This document shows, piece by piece, positions 25,788-34,222 of a DNA stretch of 42,226 nt (positions are counted from its first letter, which is position 1; the number at the start of each line of letters is the position of its first letter). A model generated the notes under the pieces. It was not told where the DNA came from. It searched no databases and saw only the letters and a program-made list of their open reading frames with translations. Origin of the DNA: an uncultured Candidatus Saccharibacteria bacterium (GTDB taxonomy: Bacteria > Patescibacteriota > Minisyncoccia > UBA6257 > Colwellbacteraceae). Location: positions 1-42,226 of the forward strand of contig CAZLHU010000003.1 in the NCBI GenBank assembly GCA_964559765.1. The letters are read 5' to 3'. The position numbers and the translations under genes are program-made.

Positions 25788-28700
25788 TTATGGGCTCCAG
25801 TTTACGACGACGTGGCTCACCACAGGAGTGGCTGACCCCGATGTGTTGCATGTGCTCGCCGAGCATATCTTGACCTGATAACTGAAGTATCTGTTGTTAT
25901 TATTCTGGGAAGGACAGCTCAACTGCATAGGCGCCGCATTGGGATTAGGGGCATACCAATTGCTCGTGCCGGCGATACCAGTTAGACAAGACGGTCCGTA
26001 ATAAGCCCATGTGCCAGTATTGCATGTCGGGTAGTTAGTCGCGCCGTTCGAGCACTTCGATGTCGCAAGTTGGAATCCGACCCATCCGCCAGTCAGGCTA
26101 CCCTGCCAAGATATCGAATTGTACGCCGCCCCCAATGTCACACCCGTGTCGAATACGGCGGACTGCAGGGTGCCGTAGCTGGGGTACCCGCCGGTTATCT
26201 GATTCGCGCCCATGTCCCAGTTATTGCTTCCTGTGGCAAGCCTAGGATTGCCGGCGATGTCAGCTGTAGAATTCACATTATAGATATTGGAATCGCTCGT
26301 CAGATTAGCTCCCGTCGTGACAGTCCCCGTGTCGGACGATGACAACAGTAGATTCGGCGATGTGCCATTGGTGAATCCCACCGTCACACTTCGGAATGAC
26401 GGGTTCGGGGAACTGGCGTCCTGGGATATATCGTCTTCGGAAGCGGCATTGAATGTCCCGGAGTAATCCGTGGTATCGCCGTTGGCTATAACATCCTTGG
26501 CGGTGAAATAGGAATCGTTGCTGTATATGCCCTCGGTATTTCCATAGAATGTGTCGTTATAGACATAGGCCGATGCGCTGCCCCCTATGTTCAGCCCGGC
26601 GCTGCTGGTGCTGTTCCAGTAATAGATCATATTGTTCCAGATATTCAATGTCTCGGAACTGGGCGGATTGTTGGCGATTATGCCCGCCGAACCCATGTCC
26701 GTGCCGATACCCCCGGAGTTCAAGCTTGCGCTTATTATATTGTCGGCGACATTGTAGGTTGACGAACTGGAGGTGTTTTGGAACGAGATGCCCGCAAGAC
26801 CGGACGGATTGCCGCTGTCCGTGACCAATATTTGAAGCCCGGTTATGTTTACGTAGTCCGTGGATGCGTTGACGACGATCCCGTTATAGCCCGAGGGCGG
26901 CTGGAGGGTATAGGCATTATTGACCCAATCCCCTGAATTCCGCTGATTGGAATTTGCCTGAGTGGCGGTAGGCGCATAAATGTTTATATAGTTGGACGGT
27001 CTAGTGGTGTATCCGCTTATGGACACCTGTGCCGTATCGGGACTAGCTGAACTTCCGTTGCCGTCGTAGTAGCAGGGGATGTTCAAGACATAATTGCCGG
27101 TAACCAGATTGTTGGTATTCATGAAATTCGTACCACTGGCATTACTCAATGCGTTACTTAAAGAGGAGAAGGCATGAGCGATCGATACGACCGTGGAACT
27201 GCTGATATTGGCGGGCGCGGTGCCTGTGGCGGTCACAAGAGTCCATACGGTAGACGAAGTCTTTCCGGAAATGTAGGCGACCTGGTTGGTGTTGTACGTT
27301 ACCGCATCGCCGACGCCCATGTCAGCCGTCGTCTGGCCGACAGAGAAAGTTCCGACTCCCCCGTTGGTAATGGTCAACGTGGGGTTTAAGTACATATGAT
27401 TGGAGGTATTCTGTCCGACCGAATAATAGACTGGGGTCGCAATGCCGCTCAATGTGTTGAAGCTCGAATACGGAGAAGTCGAAGTACCTACGCTATTAAC
27501 CGCATAACCCTCGTAATAGACGGTGGTGTTTTGAGTCAGGCCGGTGACCGACATGGTATAGACCCCCGTCGAAGTCGCCGCCGAATCAACGTTACAATTA
27601 GGCATTGAAGAAGACGTAAGTCCCCAGCACGTACCAACCGCCGTCAAAGCAGTCCCACCATTAGATGTCACGTTTGCTCCAAGCACCGCGCTACTAGTCG
27701 AGATGGAGGTAGCTGTTGGAGAGGTTAGAGTAGGAGTTTGAGCGGGAGGGCCGGCCGTCACAAAACTACTGGAAGTCGAGTATGACGTACCGGCGCTGTT
27801 CGATGCATAACCTTTGTAATAGATCGTGGTACTGGTTGCTAGGTTGGGAACGTTGACGGTAAAAGCTCCAGTGGAGGTGGCACCAGAGATAACCTGGTTA
27901 GACATAGATCCGCTGGAAAGGCCCCAATATATGCCGATACTGGTAAGCGCTCCACCCCCGTTTGCAGACACGGTGGCGCCTAAGGTTGCGCTCGTGGTAG
28001 CGATGTTGGTAACCGTGGGCAAGATAACCGTGGGCGGGATTACATTGAAATAGGTAACTATTGATAGGCTGCCATTAGTCTGGCTGGGCGCGCCAGTGCC
28101 CTGCGTCGTCGTTGCGCTGACGAGCGCCGATGAAATATATCCGGAACCGCCGCCCCCTCCGGCGCAGCCGTCGTTGTTTAGGTCGCCTCCTCCACCTCCC
28201 CCGCCGTAATAACCACCGCCCCCTCCGCCTCCGCCGTAATAGCCGGAAGTGGTGCCTCCGCCGTTCCCACCGGTTCCGGCAGCTCCGGCCGTACCGCTGT
28301 TAGATGAATCGCCCTTTCCGGCAGCTCCGCCGGCTATTTGGGTTCCGCCGCCTCCGCCAGTGATGCCACCAGCGCCTCCGCAGGCAAAGCCGATCTGGCC
28401 GGATGCACCGCCTCCGGCGCCGCCAGGGACACCGCTTTCCCAACCGCCGCCATCGCCGCCTCCGCCGCCTCCTATGATAATCGAGTTTCCTTGAGAGAAA
28501 GTGTTAGCTGTACCGAACCACGTCATACCTCCTCCACCGCCTCCGCCGTAATCGTTACTGTAACTGGTACTTTGAGGGCCTCCCGTGCCCCCACCCCCAT
28601 ATCCGCCAGAGGCGTGGGCCGATCCACTAACCCCCACCGCACCGGCTCCGCCGACTACGTAGTAATAAGTCGTACTGGGGACAAGGCCGATCAGCGTCCC

Positions 28701-31700
28701 AACGGATGTTCCGCCTGGGCCGCCTTGGCCAGCGACATAGGGATTGCCTCCACCTCCGCCGCCGACCGCAGTTATAGTCGCCGAAGTCGCCCCGGCGGGT
28801 ACGATCCAGGAAACAGTGGTGCTGGTGAATGAGTAATTGACGGTAGAAGGCACTATCGTGAGATATGGTGAATATCCGGTACCCAAAGCATTGCTCGCAT
28901 ACCCCTCGTAATAAGTAGGCACGCCCGGCGACATACCCGTAGCGGTGACCGTGTATGCGCCGGTGGAGGTGGCCGCCGAAGGAACCTGGTTAGTCATTTG
29001 AGTTGGAGATATGCCCCAATACACCCCTCTGGACGTGATCGGGAGGCCCCCTCCATCCACTAGGGTCGCGCCCAGCACCGCCGAGCTTGAGGCGATGGAT
29101 GTCGAGGTCGGGGTGGTAAGGGTAGGCGTGCCGCTGGCTACGGTGAACGTGTTGAAAGCAATCTCGCTGGTCGTAGCCGATCCGGTCAAGTTATACGGGT
29201 CAACGTCGGCATAGATATTATAAGCGGTCCCGGCTACGCCGACGGTCAGGGACGCTTGAGCGGTTGAGGTCGTATTGCTATTCATGGAACCAATCACCTG
29301 AGTGGTACCGATCTGCGTTCCGCCGGAACTCGGATTGCCGTTGTAGAAATTAACCTCAGCCGGCGCATATCCATTTCCATACAACTCGAACCAGAACGCA
29401 TCTCCGGAATCTACCGTCCAGGTTCCCGCCGTTCCTCCTGCGTTATAGGCCATACTGCCGCCCGTATAGTGTCCGCCGACGTCGGTATACAGACCTATGC
29501 AGCTTGTGTCGCTGGTGCAGTTATTGGCGTTACTTGTCACAACAAGCCAGTATTCCGTTCCGGCGGTCAGGGTGGGAGAGTTGAAGAAAGTTGATGTTGC
29601 AAACAGCGAGCCATTTGTTCCGAAAACCGCTTGGTTAAGGGTGGTGCTGGTCGCAAGCACGGTACCGCTGGGTTTTCCGGAACTGTTCGACTCTATATAA
29701 TAGTTAACGTTCGGAAGATCACTGAACAGCACCAGGTTTACTGCGGCATTGGCAACAACTAAGTTTGCCGTAGGGGTAAACGGCACAGCCCACGAGGTGG
29801 TGGCGTCATCCCCTATGTAACCGTTATTCTCCGCGCCGTTGGTGGTATCAAAGTGATTGTCCTCCTGATACGGACTGCTCGGCCAGTTACTGCCGATATT
29901 ACTCACAGCAACGGTCGTAGTGACGGTCTGGTTGTATGTCGGGGGATTAGGACTGAACGTTATACTTGAAGGACTGATCGAGAAATCGGGCACGGGCGCG
30001 GCCAGAACGGTTATGGAAGTGGAAGCAGTATTGTTGGTGTAACTGCTCTCGGGAATAGTCGAGCTTGCGTTAACCCAAGCATAGATGCTGTCCGTACCGG
30101 CTGAAGGAAGACTGAAGTTCGAGCTTACGCTAGCGGTAGCGTTTATGGCCAAGGAGGAACTGATCTGTCGCAAGGGACCCACCGCCTTACCTCCCGAGGA
30201 AGGGTTGCCGTTGTAAAACTGGACGTTGAGAGTCGGCTCAACATATAGCTCGAACCACATATTCTCGGCTATAGCGCCCCACGAGGCGCCGCTATTAGTA
30301 GAAACAGCTCCCGCTGAGCCGGAACTTGCGCCGACCCAACCGGCGTCATTGGAACCACTTGAACCGGCCCCCTCTACTTCAATCCAGTATTCAGTCCCTG
30401 CGGTAAGAATGGGAGGAGTCGGCCAGACTATGTTAAACCAGGTCAGACTGGTAGGTATGTTTGCCTGGGGTATGGTGGTACTCGCAAGGACGGGCGCGCC
30501 CGGGTAAGGCGCACCGGTATTTTGGATAATATTGAAAGTTATGGCACCGCAGGTGCCGGTGCAGTCCATATACAGGCTCATATAAGGGGCGTATGACGTC
30601 ACCGTAGGGACGAATGATTGGGCTATCCACTGAGTTGCGTAGACGCCATAGGTACCGCTATTGGTGGTGTTGTAATACGTGTTCTCTACGGCAGTGCTCG
30701 TGCCGGTAAAAGGGGTATAGTTTGCCTGGCCTATATTGCTTATGACCGCCGTAGCGGTCGCGTTCTGGTTAATATACGGGCTGTTGTTGCTGAAGGATAT
30801 ACTCGAGGAGCTCAGGGTAAAGTCGGGATAATAGGCGCTCGTGGTGAAGGTCCCGTTGCTAGTGGTCGAAGTGCCGTAGCTATTCACCGCATATCCCACG
30901 TAATCGTAAAGGGTCCCCGCCGATAGGCCAGTTCTCGACTGGGTGAATGTCCCAGTCGACGTACTACCAGTGGCAAGACAGTTGGTCGTAGGATTGGGCG
31001 TTGTCCCCCAGCAAGTGCCTTCTGAAGTTATGACTGAACCGCCGCCATTCGTTATAGTTGCGCCCAAAGTAGAGGTAGTATAGCCGATCAACGTAGCTGT
31101 AGGGCTACCGATAGTTGGGAGGTTGCTGAATGTAGTGAAATTGGAACTTGGGGAATATGCCGTACCATAGCTATTCGTAGCGTAGCCGTCATAATAATAT
31201 GTGGTGCTTGCGGTCAGTCCGGTGGTCGAATTGGTGAAAACCCCGGTAGTAGTGCTGCCGTTAGAAGTGCAGTTTGTATTAATAATCGTTGAATTGGTCG
31301 TACTCCAACAAGTGCCTTCCGCTGTTACGCTCGAATCTCCAGCGGCGGTTATGTTCGCTCCCAAGGTAGCGGTCGTCTGGGCAATGTTCGCCGCGGTAGG
31401 AGTGGTCAGGGTCGGGGCGGCGCTGAAGGTCGAAGTGATCATCTCGTCCAAAGTTGCGGTAGGATCGTCCTGAGCCAATGTTGCCTTGCCGCTAGAACTA
31501 CCTCCAGCCACAGTGAAACTTAGATACAACTCAACGTATATATATTGCCCGGCAAGGATCGAAACCGTAGAGGTCGGAGTAAAAGTCAGACTTTCTTTGG
31601 TAAGACTTGAAGGTATGTTAGTAATATTCGACGAGCTTATTAATCCGGATAAGTTGGTAACCGAAGTCACGGTAGTCGAGTTGGCGGTCACCTTAAACAC

Positions 31701-32168
31701 TTGAGCCCCGAGCACAGCGGTTCCGCTCGCGTTGGTGTCGTCGATACCGACGTTGATCGTCCATGCCGTTGCGGCATATTGTCCCGGAGTCTGCGCATCG
31801 AATATCCATCCCTTACTATCGGGCGACGTACTGGTCGCCCAAGTGGTACCGTTCGCGACAGCGACGCTCGGACTGAACTGCCAAATCGCAACGGTCTTAT
31901 CGTTGGCGATTGTGGTTGCGGTATTGGCGGAGCCACCGATGGTCGTGGACAACTGGTGCACCGTTGCCGTGCCAGATACCACCGCCGAGGCGGTAGAGCG
32001 GAAATACAACGTCTGAGCAGCAGCGGCAATAGCCTTATTGGATGAAGGGTTGAGGATACTCGAAGATCCCAAACCAATTAAAACGACTGCGACTATAATC
32101 GCCGTGGACGCAACTCTAACAGCAAATCTGAAACGGTTATTTTTGAGGTAATTGATGCCTACTCTCAT
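25788..32168 (-). CDS. Giant secreted adhesin-like protein (2126 aa), candidate pilus-tip adhesin
   Basis: N-terminal hydrophobic signal without a prepilin site; five PT...T.I..T.A.LGA....G......G..W FN3-like repeats, two CARDB-like domains, Gly-rich domain, Asn-rich beta-helix-like region, Cys-containing C-terminal module; 6-nt gap to the pilW-like gene. Confidence 0.8.
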   Translation of the reverse strand: MRVGINYLKNNRFRFAVRVASTAIIVAVVLIGLGSSSILNPSSNKAIAAAAQTLYFRSTASAVVSGTATVHQLSTTIGGSANTATTIANDKTVAIWQFSPSVAVANGTTWATSTSPDSKGWIFDAQTPGQYAATAWTINVGIDDTNASGTAVLGAQVFKVTANSTTVTSVTNLSGLISSSNITNIPSSLTKESLTFTPTSTVSILAGQYIYVELYLSFTVAGGSSSGKATLAQDDPTATLDEMITSTFSAAPTLTTPTAANIAQTTATLGANITAAGDSSVTAEGTCWSTTNSTIINTNCTSNGSTTTGVFTNSTTGLTASTTYYYDGYATNSYGTAYSPSSNFTTFSNLPTIGSPTATLIGYTTSTLGATITNGGGSVITSEGTCWGTTPNPTTNCLATGSTSTGTFTQSRTGLSAGTLYDYVGYAVNSYGTSTTSNGTFTTSAYYPDFTLSSSSISFSNNSPYINQNATATAVISNIGQANYTPFTGTSTAVENTYYNTTNSGTYGVYATQWIAQSFVPTVTSYAPYMSLYMDCTGTCGAITFNIIQNTGAPYPGAPVLASTTIPQANIPTSLTWFNIVWPTPPILTAGTEYWIEVEGAGSSGSNDAGWVGASSGSAGAVSTNSGASWGAIAENMWFELYVEPTLNVQFYNGNPSSGGKAVGPLRQISSSLAINATASVSSNFSLPSAGTDSIYAWVNASSTIPESSYTNNTASTSITVLAAPVPDFSISPSSITFSPNPPTYNQTVTTTVAVSNIGSNWPSSPYQEDNHFDTTNGAENNGYIGDDATTSWAVPFTPTANLVVANAAVNLVLFSDLPNVNYYIESNSSGKPSGTVLATSTTLNQAVFGTNGSLFATSTFFNSPTLTAGTEYWLVVTSNANNCTSDTSCIGLYTDVGGHYTGGSMAYNAGGTAGTWTVDSGDAFWFELYGNGYAPAEVNFYNGNPSSGGTQIGTTQVIGSMNSNTTSTAQASLTVGVAGTAYNIYADVDPYNLTGSATTSEIAFNTFTVASGTPTLTTPTSTSIASSSAVLGATLVDGGGLPITSRGVYWGISPTQMTNQVPSAATSTGAYTVTATGMSPGVPTYYEGYASNALGTGYSPYLTIVPSTVNYSFTSTTVSWIVPAGATSATITAVGGGGGGNPYVAGQGGPGGTSVGTLIGLVPSTTYYYVVGGAGAVGVSGSAHASGGYGGGGTGGPQSTSYSNDYGGGGGGGMTWFGTANTFSQGNSIIIGGGGGGDGGGWESGVPGGAGGGASGQIGFACGGAGGITGGGGGTQIAGGAAGKGDSSNSGTAGAAGTGGNGGGTTSGYYGGGGGGGGYYGGGGGGGDLNNDGCAGGGGGSGYISSALVSATTTQGTGAPSQTNGSLSIVTYFNVIPPTVILPTVTNIATTSATLGATVSANGGGALTSIGIYWGLSSGSMSNQVISGATSTGAFTVNVPNLATSTTIYYKGYASNSAGTSYSTSSSFVTAGPPAQTPTLTSPTATSISTSSAVLGANVTSNGGTALTAVGTCWGLTSSSMPNCNVDSAATSTGVYTMSVTGLTQNTTVYYEGYAVNSVGTSTSPYSSFNTLSGIATPVYYSVGQNTSNHMYLNPTLTITNGGVGTFSVGQTTADMGVGDAVTYNTNQVAYISGKTSSTVWTLVTATGTAPANISSSTVVSIAHAFSSLSNALSNASGTNFMNTNNLVTGNYVLNIPCYYDGNGSSASPDTAQVSISGYTTRPSNYINIYAPTATQANSNQRNSGDWVNNAYTLQPPSGYNGIVVNASTDYVNITGLQILVTDSGNPSGLAGISFQNTSSSSTYNVADNIISASLNSGGIGTDMGSAGIIANNPPSSETLNIWNNMIYYWNSTSSAGLNIGGSASAYVYNDTFYGNTEGIYSNDSYFTAKDVIANGDTTDYSGTFNAASEDDISQDASSPNPSFRSVTVGFTNGTSPNLLLSSSDTGTVTTGANLTSDSNIYNVNSTADIAGNPRLATGSNNWDMGANQITGGYPSYGTLQSAVFDTGVTLGAAYNSISWQGSLTGGWVGFQLATSKCSNGATNYPTCNTGTWAYYGPSCLTGIAGTSNWYAPNPNAAPMQLSCPSQNNNNRYFSYQVKICSASTCNTSGSATPVVSHVVVNWSP

Positions 32169-32555
32169 TTATACGTATTGCTTGTCTTCATTGCCCGCAT
32201 GATAAATATCCGCACACAACGACACAACACTGGAAATCAAGCCAATGTTCATAATTCCGAGCCTCAATCGAGGTGCGACCAAAAATATTCTATTCATCTT
32301 TACTCGACTTTTCCTCACACAGTCAACCACAACTGTTTAATTCATTATACATTTTAATGGATACTCTATCTAACCTTCCCTGTGGAAGAACTAAAGGATC
32401 TGAATCGTGTCGCATTATCGGAATCTTTTAAGCCGCATCGACCACGCCCACGACAGATAGTCTTGAGCGGATGGTATTGGCGTAGGATGTGCGACCCACA
32501 GCACATTAACGTGGAGTTTTAAGAAATGGGCAGTGTAGCGCAGAAATAGTTGCCT

Positions 32556-32564
32556 TGTTATAAT
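32556..32564 (+). promoter_or_regulatory. Extended -10 promoter (TGTTATAAT) for tRNA-Arg
   Basis: Exact TGnTATAAT 28 nt upstream of the tRNA. Confidence 0.55.
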
Positions 32565-32592
32565 CGTAGTGCTAAGTTGTTGCAGGTATATT

Positions 32593-32664
32593 GCCTCCGT
32601 CGTTCAACGGATAGGACGCGAGATTGCGGATCTTGCAATAGAGGTTCGATTCCTCTCGGAGGCA
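32593..32664 (+). tRNA. tRNA-Arg(GCG), CCA not encoded
   Basis: Acceptor GCCTCCG/CGGAGGC; D arm GTTC-AACGGATA-GGAC with A20; anticodon arm CGAGA-TTGCGGA-TCTTG; T arm AGAGG-TTCGATT-CCTCT. Confidence 0.92.
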
Positions 32665-32696
32665 CACGTCGCATAAGCATGATAAATACCCATCAA

Positions 32697-32882
32697 ATGT
32701 TGAAACGCAATAAGAGAATCGTTATCTCCGTCGCCATAGTCGTATTGGCAGTTGTGTGTGGATATATTTATTATCACTACAACGTGTCCACAAAAACCAA
32801 TTCCCAAAGCCTGCCTGTTTTCCACGGGCCAAACGGAGCTCCGCACGTCGTTGGGCCAACAACCCTGCCGCCGAAGGAATAG
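32697..32882 (+). CDS. Small single-TM protein (61 aa; alternative start 32679) between two tRNAs
   Basis: Basic N-terminus, TM helix IVISVAIVVLAVVCGYIYY, C-terminal PHVVGPTTLPP; the longer track ORF from 32550 overlaps the tRNA. Confidence 0.6.
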   Translation: MLKRNKRIVISVAIVVLAVVCGYIYYHYNVSTKTNSQSLPVFHGPNGAPHVVGPTTLPPKE

Positions 32883-32883
32883 T

Positions 32884-32911
32884 TTGATATTTATACCCAA
32901 AAAAGTAGAAT
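32884..32911 (+). promoter_or_regulatory. Sigma70-type promoter for tRNA-Gly
   Basis: TTGATA-16 nt-TAGAAT. Confidence 0.45.
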
Positions 32912-32944
32912 CTTTATGTCTGGAACATCTTACCAGACATAGAA

Positions 32945-33015
32945 GCGAGTATCGTATAATGGCATTACCTCAGCTTTCCAAGCTGATGACAGGGGTTCGA
33001 TTCCCCTTACTCGCT
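32945..33015 (+). tRNA. tRNA-Gly(TCC), CCA not encoded
   Basis: Acceptor GCGAGTA/TACTCGC with U73; anticodon arm TCAGC-TTTCCAA-GCTGA; T arm AGGGG-TTCGATT-CCCCT. Confidence 0.93.
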
Positions 33016-33074
33016 CAGATAGGAAAAACGTTATTCGACTTATCGTCATACGTCCAAAATGGTAGAATATTCAC

Positions 33075-33476
33075 ATGAATGAATATTTATCCAATAAAAA
33101 AATATTGATAGCTGAGGACGAGCCGGCGATGCTCAATGCCTTGGTCGATAAATTTAAGCGGGAAGGGTGTATAACCATACCCGCCGAAAACGGCGAGGTT
33201 GCATTCGATTTAGCTAATAAAGAAAATCCGGATGTCGTTCTGCTCGACATCTTGATGCCGAAGATGAGCGGCATGGAAGTAATGGCAAAACTAAGAGGAG
33301 AATCGGAATGGGGCAGGAAGGTTCCGATAATAATGCTTACCAACGTATCGCCGGATGAAAAGATAATGAGCGGAGTGGTCTCAGGCGAACCGGCATATTA
33401 TCTAATAAAGAGCGACTGGAAGCTCTACGAAGTCGTTGAAAAGGTGGAGGACTGCCTAAAAAACCCGGCACACTAG
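33075..33476 (+). CDS. Stand-alone response-regulator receiver (133 aa)
   Basis: ILIAEDE, PDVVLLDILMPKMSG, MLTN, YYLIK; no output domain. Confidence 0.9.
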   Translation: MNEYLSNKKILIAEDEPAMLNALVDKFKREGCITIPAENGEVAFDLANKENPDVVLLDILMPKMSGMEVMAKLRGESEWGRKVPIIMLTNVSPDEKIMSGVVSGEPAYYLIKSDWKLYEVVEKVEDCLKNPAH

Positions 33477-33553
33477 TCCCATCACCGACGCGGAGCCGAT
33501 GCTCCGAATAAACCCGTAAACGCTGTTTATAGAGAACGCGCAGCGGGTTTATT

Positions 33554-33562
33554 TGTTATAAT
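33554..33562 (+). promoter_or_regulatory. Extended -10 promoter (TGTTATAAT) for the PAS-kinase pair
   Basis: Exact TGnTATAAT 45 nt upstream of ATG 33608. Confidence 0.55.
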
Positions 33563-33607
33563 TAAGATTGGTAAATATCTAAAAACGTCGAGTTAAAAAA
33601 TAAAAAT

Positions 33608-34222
33608 ATGGAGCACGCAAAAGACAAACAAAGCGAGTTAACAGAGTCGAAAAAACTCGCCTTGCATTACATGAAAACACTAATCGATGTCGCTCAGGAG
33701 TCGTTTTTAATCCTTGGCGCCGATCTGAAGGTGCTTTCAGCAAATCCAACATTCTATCAAGCCTTCCAGGTCTCACCGGAAGATACAGAGGGCAAACCCG
33801 TCTATGCGCTAGGGAACGGCCAATGGGACATACCAGAACTTAGAAATCTAATGGGAAGCATTCTGCCCAAAAAGAAAATAATCACCAACTACGAAGTTAC
33901 GCATGTCTTTGAGACTGTTGGCAAGAAAACCATGCTACTCAGCGCTAGACAGATAGATGCGGTGCAGCTTATCATCCTCGCCATAGAAGACATTACTACT
34001 AGGAAGGAACTCGAGAACAAGCTGGCCGAGAACGCTCAGGAATTAGAAATCAGAGTAGCCAAAAGAACAGCGGAACTTGATGACCGAGTCAAAGACCTGG
34101 AGACGCTGAACAAGACAATGGTAGGGAGAGAGCTAAAGATGATCGAGCTCAAGAAGGAGGTCGACGATCTAAAGAAATTGGTTCGTAACGGCAATGGGAA
34201 TCATAATGGCCACAAAGAATGA
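33608..34222 (+). CDS. PAS-domain and coiled-coil protein without kinase domain (204 aa)
   Basis: ESFLIL..DLKVLSAN..FYQ.F......G..VY.LGNGQWDIPEL PAS motif; C-terminal TMVGRELKMIELKKEV coiled coil; ATGA overlap with the kinase. Confidence 0.8.
   Translation: MEHAKDKQSELTESKKLALHYMKTLIDVAQESFLILGADLKVLSANPTFYQAFQVSPEDTEGKPVYALGNGQWDIPELRNLMGSILPKKKIITNYEVTHVFETVGKKTMLLSARQIDAVQLIILAIEDITTRKELENKLAENAQELEIRVAKRTAELDDRVKDLETLNKTMVGRELKMIELKKEVDDLKKLVRNGNGNHNGHKE

Noticed and set aside
32169-32550. Riboswitch (e.g. c-di-GMP) in the long intergenic region
   Set aside because: No GGCAAA/GAAA/GACGC-type signature or other aptamer consensus found on either strand by eye; an Rfam scan would settle it
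32550-33078. Track ORFs 32550-32882 (5' part), 32604-32900 and 32752-33078
   Set aside because: They run through tRNA-Arg and/or tRNA-Gly; only the TM-containing 3' part from 32679/32697 is credible
33491-33551. Hairpins after the 33075 receiver (CGGAGC-cgat-GCTCCG; TAAACCCG...CGGGTTTA) as terminator or ncRNA
   Set aside because: Short stems, no U tract and no recognisable RNA family motif
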